From an uncultured virus (IMG/VR IMGVR_UViG_3300008459_007659) (lineage: Duplodnaviria > Heunggongvirae > Uroviricota > Caudoviricetes), in the IMG/VR virus record IMGVR_UViG_3300008459_007659, positions 1 through 64,000 of that record: a stretch of DNA of 64,000 nucleotides; one strand, given 5' to 3'. Of the stretch, positions 49,334 to 59,389 are shown piece after piece. The translations under genes were made by a program, and so were the position numbers. The notes under the pieces were generated by a model. That model worked only from the letters and a program-made list of their open reading frames with translations, did not search any database and had not been told where the DNA came from. Position 1 is the stretch's first letter, and each line of letters opens with the position of its first letter.

Positions 49334-51271
49334 ATGATACATCAAATTTCAATAACAGGAGTAACAGGAACTCCACCATATTCAATATCGGTATGTGATT
49401 CAACATACACATATTGTTATTTGGTTACAGGTTCAACAACAATACCACCAACATTTACTTTTGATGTTCCATCACCTTTAGATGGAGTTAATAATTTAAT
49501 TGTAAAAATAACTGATTCTACAGGATGCGAATACTTTGAACCTTATAGTTGTCCTCCTACACCGACACCAACACCTACTCTAACACCGACACCAACACCT
49601 ACCCCAACCGATTTGTGTTATTGTTTAATGGCAGTTAATTCATCCATGATGGATGGTTCGTTTGATTATATAGATTGTGATGGATTATCACAATTAAATA
49701 TTCATGTCCCAAGTGGAATAACATATTATACTTGTGGATCTAACCCGACAAACATAATTAATTTATCAATCGGAATAGGTGATTTATGTTCTTTATCCAG
49801 TTGTAATCCACCTTTACCTTCATTATCGGCAACACCAACTCCTACTCCCACACCTTCGTCATTACCTTTTGCGTTTATTTCAGTTTGGTCGGCATCAACT
49901 ACAATTGAACTTCCGTATTCACCAACTGGAACTTATTCAGGAATAATAGATTGGGGTGATGGTAATACATCTGTTAACTCATATGCAAATAGAACTCATA
50001 CATATTCGATAACAGGTGATTATACTGTAACAATTACAGGTACAATTGAGGGTTGGGATTTTAATAATTATGCGACATCTTATAAAAACAATATAAAAGA
50101 AATATTAAGGTGGGGTCCACTAAAAGGAGAATCAGGTTCAAACAATGGCATGTTCTATGGTTGTCAAAATTTAATTATAACAGGTGTAACAGATACTATT
50201 AATTTAATTGGAATAACAAATTTGAGTAGTATGTTTTTTGGTTGTACTAGTTTAACTACCGTAAATAATATGGATAGTTGGGATGTATCATCTGTTAATA
50301 ATATGTCGGGTATGTTTACATTGACATCTAATTTCAATCAACCAATAGGAAGTTGGGATGTTTCAAATGTTACAAATATGGCATCTATGTTCTCGTTATC
50401 CACAAACTTTAACCAAAACATCGGAAGTTGGGATGTTTCAAACGTTACCAATATGTTGGCTATGTTTTTAGCCGCGGCAAATTTCAATCAACCAATAGGA
50501 GGATGGGATGTTTCAAATGTTATCAATATGTCAGCTATGTTCGCAGGTTCTCAAAATTTCAATCAACCAGTAGGAAGTTGGGATGTTTCAAATGTTACCA
50601 ATATGTCGTCTATGTTTGGTAATGCAACAAACTTCAATCAGACAATTGGGGGTTGGGATGTGTCAAATGTTACCAATATGGGTAATATGTTTGGTAATGC
50701 AACAAACTTTAACCAAAACATCGGAAGTTGGGATGTTTCAAATGTTACCGATATGAATGGTATGTTTTTATCGGCAATAAACTTTAACCAAAACATCGGA
50801 AGTTGGGATGTTTCAAATGTTACCGTTATGAATGGTATGTTTAATAATGCTACAAGTTTTAACAATGGAGGTTCTCCAAGTATAAATTTATGGAATGTTT
50901 CAGGTGTGACAAATATGTCATTTACTTTTTATACCGCAACAAATTTCAATCAACCAATAGGAGGATGGGACGTATCTAATGTAACAAATATGGAAAATAT
51001 GTTATCATTGGCAACAGTTTTTGATCAACCAATCGGAGGATGGGATGTTTCATCAGTAACTAATATGAGTTTTATGTTAAATGGTACGTCATTATCAACA
51101 CCTAATTATGATTTACTACTCAATGGATGGGCATCATTAGGAGGTTCATTACAACCCTCAGTTAATTTTAATGCCGGTACTTCTGTATATACGATTGCAA
51201 CGGCTGGTGTGAGTAGAAATTATTTGACAGGAACCAAGTTATGGAATATAACTGACGGGGGAGGAATTTAA
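49334..51271 (+). CDS. Pro-Thr + PKD-like + DUF285/BspA-type repeat protein
   Basis: (PT)n tracts, IDWGDG..HTY, about 10 25-aa FNQxIGxWDVSNVTNM repeats. Confidence 0.8.
   Translation: MIHQISITGVTGTPPYSISVCDSTYTYCYLVTGSTTIPPTFTFDVPSPLDGVNNLIVKITDSTGCEYFEPYSCPPTPTPTPTLTPTPTPTPTDLCYCLMAVNSSMMDGSFDYIDCDGLSQLNIHVPSGITYYTCGSNPTNIINLSIGIGDLCSLSSCNPPLPSLSATPTPTPTPSSLPFAFISVWSASTTIELPYSPTGTYSGIIDWGDGNTSVNSYANRTHTYSITGDYTVTITGTIEGWDFNNYATSYKNNIKEILRWGPLKGESGSNNGMFYGCQNLIITGVTDTINLIGITNLSSMFFGCTSLTTVNNMDSWDVSSVNNMSGMFTLTSNFNQPIGSWDVSNVTNMASMFSLSTNFNQNIGSWDVSNVTNMLAMFLAAANFNQPIGGWDVSNVINMSAMFAGSQNFNQPVGSWDVSNVTNMSSMFGNATNFNQTIGGWDVSNVTNMGNMFGNATNFNQNIGSWDVSNVTDMNGMFLSAINFNQNIGSWDVSNVTVMNGMFNNATSFNNGGSPSINLWNVSGVTNMSFTFYTATNFNQPIGGWDVSNVTNMENMLSLATVFDQPIGGWDVSSVTNMSFMLNGTSLSTPNYDLLLNGWASLGGSLQPSVNFNAGTSVYTIATAGVSRNYLTGTKLWNITDGGGI
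50270..51080 (+). repeat. 75-nt coding tandem repeat (DUF285-type)
   Basis: Recurrent tgggatgtttcaaatgttac blocks at mostly 75-nt spacing. Confidence 0.85.
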
Positions 51272-51318
51272 AAACATTTATTGAGTTTTATTTTTATTTT
51301 TTTATTATTAAAATAAAA

Positions 51319-52566
51319 ATGAAAATTTTCATCCAAATCGCTTCTTATAGAGATCCCCAACTTATACCAACAATTAAAGATTGTATTGATAAATCAAAAA
51401 AACCTGAAAATTTAAGATTTGGTATTTGTAGACAATTTCATCCTGAAGATGGTTTTGATAATTTAACAGAATATGAGAATGATGATAGATTCAGAATTTT
51501 AAATATTCCATATCAAGAATCAACAGGCGTGTGTTGGGCAAGAAACCAAGTACAACAATTATATAAAGGAGAAAAATACACTCTACAGTTAGATTCTCAT
51601 ATGAGATTTGAACAAGATTGGGATGATACTTTAATTAAAATGATTAAAGGATTACAAAAGAATGGCTATAAAAAACCATTATTAACTGGTTATGTCTCAT
51701 CATTTGATCCTGAAAATGATCCTCAAGGTAGGGTTACCGATCCGTGGAGAATGACATTTGATAGATTTACACCTGAAGGTGTTGTATTCTTTTTACCTGA
51801 AGTAATTCCTAATTGGAGGGAATTTAGTGAACCAATACCTTCAAGATTTTACTCCGCACATTTTGCATTTACATTAGGGGAGTTTTCTAAAGAAGTTCAA
51901 CATGATCCTGAATACTATTTTCACGGTGAAGAAATTTCAATTGCAGTAAGAGCATACACTCATGGATATGATTTATTTCATCCACATAGAGTTGTTATTT
52001 GGCACGAATACACAAGGAAGGGTAGAACTAAACAATGGGACGATGATAAAGAGTGGTATAAAAAAAACGAATCTTGTCATAAAAAGAATAGACAAATACT
52101 TGGTATTGATGGAGAATCTTATGAAGGGGATTTAGGTAAATATGGTTTTGGTACCGAAAGGACAATTAGAGATTATGAAAAATATTCAGGTATCCTATTT
52201 TCTAAAAGAGCAATACAACAATATACAATAGATAAAAATTATCCTCCTAATTCATACGATTATGAAACTGAAGAACAATGGTTAGATAGTTTTACAACAA
52301 TATTCAAACATTGTATTGATATATCATTTGATGGAGTTCCTGAAAATGATTACGATTTTTGGGTTGTTGCATTTCATAATGAAAAAGATGAAACTTTATT
52401 TAGACAAGATGCCGACTCAAACGAAATAAATAGAATGATGCAAGATCCTGACAGATACTGTAAAATATGGAGAGAATTCCACACAAAAGAAAAACCTAAG
52501 TATTGGGTTGTGTGGCCGTATAGTAAATCAAAAGGATGGTGTCCAAGATTAACAGGTAATTTATAA
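51319..52566 (+). CDS. GT60-like polypeptide GlcNAc-transferase
   Basis: IFIQIASYRD, GVCWAR, LQLDSHMRF..WD, FHGEEI..AVRAYTHGYD. Confidence 0.8.
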   Translation: MKIFIQIASYRDPQLIPTIKDCIDKSKKPENLRFGICRQFHPEDGFDNLTEYENDDRFRILNIPYQESTGVCWARNQVQQLYKGEKYTLQLDSHMRFEQDWDDTLIKMIKGLQKNGYKKPLLTGYVSSFDPENDPQGRVTDPWRMTFDRFTPEGVVFFLPEVIPNWREFSEPIPSRFYSAHFAFTLGEFSKEVQHDPEYYFHGEEISIAVRAYTHGYDLFHPHRVVIWHEYTRKGRTKQWDDDKEWYKKNESCHKKNRQILGIDGESYEGDLGKYGFGTERTIRDYEKYSGILFSKRAIQQYTIDKNYPPNSYDYETEEQWLDSFTTIFKHCIDISFDGVPENDYDFWVVAFHNEKDETLFRQDADSNEINRMMQDPDRYCKIWREFHTKEKPKYWVVWPYSKSKGWCPRLTGNL

Positions 52567-52571
52567 TTTAT

Positions 52572-53282
52572 ATGGTAACATTTAATGATGTAAAAATAGC
52601 TGATGTTGGGTATTATATAAATTTGGATAGTAGGGTTGACAGAAAAGATAACCTTGAGTCACAGTTTAATAAATTTAACATAAAGGGGGTTAATAGATTT
52701 TCGGCATTTTCAAGTTACCCAAGTAATCCCTCAAATTGTAAAAAAAGTCATTATCAATTATTTGAATTGTTTTTACAATCAAATTACAATACTATGTTAG
52801 TATTAGAAGATGATTGTAAGTTTTTAGATTTTTTAAAGGATGAGTCAACCGAAATTTTTGATAAAATTTTAAATACTGATTGGGATTTATTTTGGTTAGG
52901 ATGTAGAAATAGAAAACCACCAAAAAATTATATTAATAATTGTTATTTTACCTCATCAACTTCCGGAGCTCAATCTTACATTATAACAAAAAGATTTGTT
53001 GAGTATCTATTATCTACTTTCCCTATTGAACCTAACGATAATTTAAGGAACACATCAATTGATGAACTACTGTGTTTATCAATATATGATATTGATGTGG
53101 TTAATAACCCAAATAAATATAATTTTTATAATTTAGATCAACCTTTAGATAATCTACAAACTAAATTTAAATCATTGTGTTATGAAAAGGCACTTACAAC
53201 ACAATATCTTTCATATAGTGATTTATGGGGTACTACTACCGATTTAGAATATTATATGATATCATCACACCCAAAACAATAA
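52572..53282 (+). CDS. GT25-like glycosyltransferase
   Basis: YINLDSRVDR, RFSA, C..SH, LVLEDD, WDLFWLG. Confidence 0.8.
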   Translation: MVTFNDVKIADVGYYINLDSRVDRKDNLESQFNKFNIKGVNRFSAFSSYPSNPSNCKKSHYQLFELFLQSNYNTMLVLEDDCKFLDFLKDESTEIFDKILNTDWDLFWLGCRNRKPPKNYINNCYFTSSTSGAQSYIITKRFVEYLLSTFPIEPNDNLRNTSIDELLCLSIYDIDVVNNPNKYNFYNLDQPLDNLQTKFKSLCYEKALTTQYLSYSDLWGTTTDLEYYMISSHPKQ

Positions 53283-53286
53283 TAAT

Positions 53287-53880
53287 ATGAACGGACACTT
53301 TATTTACAAAAATTTAATTATTAGTCAACATCCAAATGTTGGGGAAAAGTTTAAAACACTTATTGACGAATACAAACCATCAAGAGTTTTAGAAATAGGA
53401 ACTGCGGATGGCGGATTAACATTATTAATAAGAGATTTATTAGATAGTGTGGGATTAACTAATACAATAGTACGAACTTATGATGTTAATGAACAAAAAA
53501 ATTTAAAGTTAAAAGAAAGAAATATTGAGATAATCACAAAAGATGTTTTTAATTATCCATATTCAGATTTAGAATATCCTGATGAAATCAGAGACTTTAT
53601 ACAAAGTAATGGTAAAACTTTAGTTCTTTGCGATGGAGGGAGTAAAAAAAATGAATTTAGATTATTATCTCAATTTTTAAAATATGGTGATATTATTATG
53701 GCTCACGATTATGCACCAAATGAAAATTATTTTAATGAAAATATAAAAGATAAAATATGGAATTGGTTAGAAATACAAGATTTTGATATTAATGAAAGTT
53801 GTTTAACTTATAATCTTAAACCATATATGGAAGATGAATTTCGTTCTGTTGTATGGGTATGTAAAATAAAAGAACAATGA
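53287..53880 (+). CDS. Class I SAM-dependent methyltransferase
   Basis: VLEIGTADGG, LCDGG, IMAHD. Confidence 0.7.
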   Translation: MNGHFIYKNLIISQHPNVGEKFKTLIDEYKPSRVLEIGTADGGLTLLIRDLLDSVGLTNTIVRTYDVNEQKNLKLKERNIEIITKDVFNYPYSDLEYPDEIRDFIQSNGKTLVLCDGGSKKNEFRLLSQFLKYGDIIMAHDYAPNENYFNENIKDKIWNWLEIQDFDINESCLTYNLKPYMEDEFRSVVWVCKIKEQ

Positions 53881-55559
53881 TTACATTAGTAACTGGTTTA
53901 TGGGATATTGGTAGAGGTGATTTACAGGAAGGTTGGTCACGATCATATCAACACTATTTAGGTAAGTTTGAAGAACTACTAAAAGTAGATAGTAACCTTA
54001 TTATTTTTGGTGATAAAGAGTTACAAGATTTTGTATCTCAAAGAAGACAGGTTGAAAACACTCAATTTATTTTGAGGGATTTGAATTGGTTTAAAAATAA
54101 CGAATATTTCCAATTAATACAAACTATACGAACAAATCCTGATTGGTTTAACCAAGTTGGGTGGTTAAAGGACTCAACTCAATCTAAATTAGAAATGTAT
54201 AACCCTTTGGTTATGTCTAAAATGTTTTTACTTAATGATGCAAAAATTTTAGATAAATTTAATTCAGATAAACTATTTTGGGTTGATGCCGGTTTAAGTA
54301 ATACCGTACATATGGGTTATTTTACGCATGATAAAGTTATGGATAAAATAGATAAATTATCTGACAAATTTTTATTTATTTGTTTTCCATATAACGCAGA
54401 AACTGAAGTTCATGGATTCAAGTATGAAGAAATGAAACGATTAACAAACTCAACACCTGATATTGTTGCTCGCGGAGGATTCTTTGGTGGGGATAAGGAT
54501 TTAATATCACAAATGAATAGTTTGTATTATGGGATATTAATTGACACCCTTAAACGAGGTTTTATGGGTACTGAAGAAAGTTTATTTACAATATTAACAT
54601 ACCAATACCCTAACATAATTGATTACTGTGAAATAGAATCTAATGGATTAGTTTATAAATTTTTTGAGGATGTTAAAAACAATTTAGTTGTAATAAAAAA
54701 CTTTGACTCAAAACCAACAATCGTTAAAACTAATTTAGAAATTAACTCAAATGGGATTGGTTTATATATTATAACATTTAATTCACCAAATCAATTTGAG
54801 ACATTAATCCAATCAATGTTGAACTATGATACTGATTTTATCACAAGAACCAAAAAGTTTTTACTTGATAATTCAACAGATACATCAACAACCCCAAGGT
54901 ATTTGGAACTTTGTGAACAATATGGTTTTACTCACATAAAAAAAGATAATATTGGTATAACTGGTGGAAGACAATTTATTGCGGAACATTTTAATGAACA
55001 AGAAGATTTAGGTTATTATTTCTTCTTTGAGGACGATATGTTATTTCACTCAGGTAAAACCGATGTGTGTAAAAATGGTTTTGGTAGGTATGTTAAAAAA
55101 CTATTTACCAAATCTTTAAACATACTAAAAAGAGAATCTTTTGATTTCTTAAAATTAAATTTTACAGAATTTTATGGTTCTAATGATAAACAATGGTCTT
55201 GGTATAATGTTCCCCAAGATTTTAGACAATCCCATTGGCAGAACAATCCAAGGTTACCACAACAAGGGTTGGATCCAAATTCACCAAACACAGAATTCAA
55301 ATATATTAAATCATTACAGGGGTTACCATATGCGAGTGGAGAAATCTATTTGTGTAACTGGCCGATTCTAATGTCAAAAGAAGGTAATTATAAGTGTTAT
55401 TTAAAAACAAAATTTGATCATCCATTTGAACAAACTTTAATGTCCCAATGTTTCCAAGAAACCATTAAGGGTAATATCAATCCGGGTTTATTATTAATAA
55501 CCCCAACTGAACACAATCGTTTCGATCATTATGAATCCTCATTAAGAAAAGAATGTTAA
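53877..55559 (+). CDS. HtrL/YibB-like domain fused to GT-A-like domain
   Basis: TLVTGLWDIGR, WVDAG, GGFFGG; second domain with DNS and FEDDM. Confidence 0.65.
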   Translation: MITLVTGLWDIGRGDLQEGWSRSYQHYLGKFEELLKVDSNLIIFGDKELQDFVSQRRQVENTQFILRDLNWFKNNEYFQLIQTIRTNPDWFNQVGWLKDSTQSKLEMYNPLVMSKMFLLNDAKILDKFNSDKLFWVDAGLSNTVHMGYFTHDKVMDKIDKLSDKFLFICFPYNAETEVHGFKYEEMKRLTNSTPDIVARGGFFGGDKDLISQMNSLYYGILIDTLKRGFMGTEESLFTILTYQYPNIIDYCEIESNGLVYKFFEDVKNNLVVIKNFDSKPTIVKTNLEINSNGIGLYIITFNSPNQFETLIQSMLNYDTDFITRTKKFLLDNSTDTSTTPRYLELCEQYGFTHIKKDNIGITGGRQFIAEHFNEQEDLGYYFFFEDDMLFHSGKTDVCKNGFGRYVKKLFTKSLNILKRESFDFLKLNFTEFYGSNDKQWSWYNVPQDFRQSHWQNNPRLPQQGLDPNSPNTEFKYIKSLQGLPYASGEIYLCNWPILMSKEGNYKCYLKTKFDHPFEQTLMSQCFQETIKGNINPGLLLITPTEHNRFDHYESSLRKEC

Positions 55560-55595
55560 AATAGATTATTGATATATTTATAGTAAAAACTATAG

Positions 55596-56012
55596 ATGGA
55601 ATTCTACATTAAAAAAAATGCAACTCTTCCTGTTTTAAAGATACAAGTTGTAAAAGACGGAAGAAGTGATTATAATAATTTTATGGAGATGATTGAGGAA
55701 TCTGCCATATTTTTTTCTATGGTAAATGTAGAAACTGGTATCCCTAAAATAACAACAAGACCCGCAGGATTTGTGGAAAAAATTCAAATAGAACCAAACG
55801 CAACTCCCGAATATTATATCTACTATAGATTTACCTCAAAAGACACAAGTAAAGTTGGTAGATATGAAGCACAATTCTTATTGAGAAATAATGACGGAAC
55901 TTTAATTTTACCAATAAGAGAAAGATTATTTATAAATGTCCAAGAGAGTTATATTGCGGATGATTTATTATATCAAAATCCTTATATAGTAGATTTCCCT
56001 TGTTGTGGGTAA
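55596..56012 (+). CDS. Putative baseplate/virion Ig-like protein (BppU N-terminal-like)
   Basis: FYIKKNATLP...DT..VGRYEAQF; TATTTAT upstream. Confidence 0.45.
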   Translation: MEFYIKKNATLPVLKIQVVKDGRSDYNNFMEMIEESAIFFSMVNVETGIPKITTRPAGFVEKIQIEPNATPEYYIYYRFTSKDTSKVGRYEAQFLLRNNDGTLILPIRERLFINVQESYIADDLLYQNPYIVDFPCCG

Positions 56013-56043
56013 TTGACATTAATGTAATAATAAGATATATTTA
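56013..56043 (+). promoter_or_regulatory. Host-type promoter of the DNA polymerase gene
   Basis: TTGACA-N17-TATATT; also readable as TTG-N20-TATATTTA (Bacteroidota-like TAnnTTTG). Confidence 0.7.
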
Positions 56044-56104
56044 AGAGTGTAAGGTAAATGTCGTTACATACGGCAGTTAATAAACCAAACTTAAATATAT
56101 ACAA

Positions 56105-59038
56105 ATGATATCAGAAGAAGAAATTAAATCCTTCTTAGAAGGTGCCGACCCAGAACAATTCATAGTGTCGGTAGAGTATGATTACGCTGCTAATTGCGTT
56201 TATAAAATCAAAGAAACACCAGGAAAAGGAAAATCAATACATAAAGAATCTTTTAGTTCTTTTGGTTGGGTAGGTGACTTGCGTGGTATGAATTTTTACC
56301 AAGGTTCTAAAGAATTACAAAAAGAGGCAATGACTAAATACGGTATTATCATTGAGAAACTAAGGACTGATGGTAATGAAAGATTAGAAAATGGACTAAC
56401 ATTCTTAGTTAAATCAATCAAAGGATATAGAGAACTAATTCAATTTTTTAGAGACGGTGGTATAGATCCTTGGGGTGAAAAAACCAAAGATAAAATAATG
56501 ATTCTACCTCCTGTAGAACAATACCTCATCTCAAAAGAAAAACGACTATTTAAAGGATTTGAAGAATACAATGATATTACAAGACTTGTATTTGACTTGG
56601 AGACGACTGCTTTAGAACCTAAAGACGGTCGTATTTTTATGATTGGAATTAAGACAAATAAGGGACACTTAAAAGTAATTGAGTGTAAAGATGCTGACGA
56701 AGAAAGACGAGGTATCGTTGAATTTTTCAGAATCATAGATGAGATAAAACCTTCAATCATTGGGGGTTACAACTCAGCAAACTTTGACTGGCATTGGATT
56801 TTTGAGAGATGTAAAGCTCTTAACATTGACTTAAAGAAAATCCCAACCTCATTAAACCACTCAAAACCTATTGCACAAAAAGAGTCAATGTTAAAATTGG
56901 CAAATGAAGTTGAGCGATATAACCAAGTACAAATGTGGGGATACAATGTTATTGATATCATCCATTCAGTTCGTAGAGCTCAAGCAATCAACTCAAGTAT
57001 TAAAGAGGCGGGACTTAAATATATTACCAAATATATTGATGCCGAAGCGAAAGATCGTATTTACATCGATCACACAAAAATTGGTCCGATGTATGCAAAC
57101 AAGGACGAATATTGGTTAAATACCGAAAACGGTAAATACAAGAAGGTTGGTGTTGATCAAAAAATTGATGAGGTATGTTTTAGACGAGGTGACATTTATC
57201 TTAAAACCACAGGTGATAACATTGTTGAGAGATATCTTGACGATGACTTGGAGGAAACCTTAATTGTTGACGATGAATTCAATCAAGGATCATTCCTACT
57301 TGCATCACTACTCCCAACAACATATGAACGAGTATCAACAATGGGTACCGCAACATTATGGAAAATGTTAATGTTAGCTTGGTCATATAAACATAAATTG
57401 GCGATACCTCAAAAACAAGAAAAAGGAAACTTTGTTGGTGGTTTATCAAGACTATTAAAAGTTGGGTATTCAAAAGATGTACTGAAACTTGACTACTCAT
57501 CACTATACCCATCAATTCAGTTGGTTCACGATGTGTTTCCTGAATGTGATATAACAGGAGCAATGAAAGGATTATTAACTTACTTTAGAAATACTCGTAT
57601 CAAGTATAAAAATTTGGCATCAGAATTTAAAAGTAAGGATAAAAAACTTTCCTTATCTTACGATAGAAAACAATTACCAATTAAAATCTTTATCAACTCA
57701 TTGTTTGGTGGTTTAAGTGCCCCACAAGTATTCCATTGGGGTGATATGAACAAGGGGGAACAGATTACCTGTACGGGTAGACAATATCTTAGACAGATGT
57801 TAAAATTCTTTAGTAAAAGAGGATATAGTCCTTTGGTGTGTGATACTGATGGTATGAACTTCTCATTGCCTGAAGGTGGTGTAGAAGATAGAGTATACAT
57901 TGGTAAAGGATTAAATTGGTTGGTTAAGGAAGGTAAAGAATATCGTGGTTATGATGCGGATGTTGCCGAGTTTAATGATTTATTTATGAGAGGTGCGATG
58001 GGTCTTGATTGTGACGGTACTTGGGATTCTTGTATTAACTTAGCTCGTAAAAATTACGCAACTATGGAACAAAACGGTAAGATTAAACTTACAGGTAATA
58101 GTATCAAGTCCAAAAAGATGCCAAAGTATATTGAGAAGTTCTTGGATAAAGGGATTAAACAATTACTTAAAGGTGAGGGTAAAGAATTTATTGAGTGGTA
58201 TTACGAATACATTCAAAAGATATTTGATCAAAAGATTCCTTTGGCGGAAATTGCGTCTAAAGCAAAAGTTAAATTGAGTGTTGATGATTACATTAAACGC
58301 AGTAAACAAACTACCAAGGCAGGTTCGTTGATGTCAAGACAGGCACATATGGAACTTATTATAAGAGATGGGATTCAGTCAAATCTTGGTGATATGATTT
58401 TCTATGTGAATAACGGAACAAAGGCTTCACACGGAGATGTTCAGAAAGTTAATAAACCAAAGAAAGGGTGGACAGAAGAACAAATAAGTTTGTTCTTTTC
58501 GGATAGTTCAAAAAATAATTTAGATTATAAACAGAAAGAAAAATTTTTAATTAACAACGGTTGGGAAACTTCTTGGTCTGATGATAATTGGGTAAGAAGT
58601 GATTCACCGTACAAAGAAGCAAATACTGGTATACCGACAGATGTTGCATATAAAGTCGCTAGTTCAGATTCTGTTATACAACTTAATTGTTATCGTATTG
58701 AACCTTCGGATTTGGAAAACAATCCTGAGATGTTAGGTGAGTACAATATCCAAAGAGCGATTGCAACATTCAATAAACGAGTGGAACCTTTATTAATTGT
58801 TTTTGACGATGAGGTAAGAGATTCACTATTGGTTAAAAATCCTGAAGATAGAAATTTCTATACAACAGAACAATGTAAATTGATTAATGGAAAACCATTC
58901 AGTCCTGAAGATCAAGATGATGTATATGAAAATCTATTAAAGATGGAACAAGGTGAGGTTGAATTTTGGAACCGTGTTGGTATCAACCCTGATTATATTT
59001 ATGAGTTAGCAGATGAGGGATGGGAGGAGTTAATTTAA
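56105..59038 (+). CDS. Family B DNA polymerase
   Basis: FDLET and GYNSANFDW (exonuclease); LDYSSLYPS, KIFINSLFG, CDTDG (polymerase motifs A-C). Confidence 0.93.
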   Translation: MISEEEIKSFLEGADPEQFIVSVEYDYAANCVYKIKETPGKGKSIHKESFSSFGWVGDLRGMNFYQGSKELQKEAMTKYGIIIEKLRTDGNERLENGLTFLVKSIKGYRELIQFFRDGGIDPWGEKTKDKIMILPPVEQYLISKEKRLFKGFEEYNDITRLVFDLETTALEPKDGRIFMIGIKTNKGHLKVIECKDADEERRGIVEFFRIIDEIKPSIIGGYNSANFDWHWIFERCKALNIDLKKIPTSLNHSKPIAQKESMLKLANEVERYNQVQMWGYNVIDIIHSVRRAQAINSSIKEAGLKYITKYIDAEAKDRIYIDHTKIGPMYANKDEYWLNTENGKYKKVGVDQKIDEVCFRRGDIYLKTTGDNIVERYLDDDLEETLIVDDEFNQGSFLLASLLPTTYERVSTMGTATLWKMLMLAWSYKHKLAIPQKQEKGNFVGGLSRLLKVGYSKDVLKLDYSSLYPSIQLVHDVFPECDITGAMKGLLTYFRNTRIKYKNLASEFKSKDKKLSLSYDRKQLPIKIFINSLFGGLSAPQVFHWGDMNKGEQITCTGRQYLRQMLKFFSKRGYSPLVCDTDGMNFSLPEGGVEDRVYIGKGLNWLVKEGKEYRGYDADVAEFNDLFMRGAMGLDCDGTWDSCINLARKNYATMEQNGKIKLTGNSIKSKKMPKYIEKFLDKGIKQLLKGEGKEFIEWYYEYIQKIFDQKIPLAEIASKAKVKLSVDDYIKRSKQTTKAGSLMSRQAHMELIIRDGIQSNLGDMIFYVNNGTKASHGDVQKVNKPKKGWTEEQISLFFSDSSKNNLDYKQKEKFLINNGWETSWSDDNWVRSDSPYKEANTGIPTDVAYKVASSDSVIQLNCYRIEPSDLENNPEMLGEYNIQRAIATFNKRVEPLLIVFDDEVRDSLLVKNPEDRNFYTTEQCKLINGKPFSPEDQDDVYENLLKMEQGEVEFWNRVGINPDYIYELADEGWEELI

Positions 59039-59389
59039 CTTCAACCCATCACTGCTGATAATGTACCAATTTCCCTCAACAAAACTTAAATGAACACAAG
59101 CACCTTTTTCAAGTAAAAGTTCATCCCATTCTTCATCAATTAAACCAATATCAGGTTTAATTAAAACGGTAGTCAAAGATTTTATGGTTACCGTTTTATT
59201 TTTTTCTGAACTTAAAGTAACTTCTGAACTTTCAATATCTTTAACAATAACTAAAATTTCTTCATCAACTTGATGTGTCTCTGTTGTTACAATTTTGTCC
59301 TCAACAATTTTAGCTGGTGTAGGCGGAATGTGTGTTCTGTATCTAACCACATTTTTTCTCGGTGAAATATTTTCAATTTTAAAACTCAT
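59030..59389 (-). CDS. Hypothetical protein
   Basis: 119-aa ORF overlapping the stop of the neck gene. Confidence 0.55.
   Translation of the reverse strand: MSFKIENISPRKNVVRYRTHIPPTPAKIVEDKIVTTETHQVDEEILVIVKDIESSEVTLSSEKNKTVTIKSLTTVLIKPDIGLIDEEWDELLLEKGACVHLSFVEGNWYIISSDGLKLN

Noticed and set aside
56105..59038. Intein or intron in the DNA polymerase
   Set aside because: The ORF is continuous, motifs are normally spaced, and no splice-junction or homing endonuclease motifs were seen
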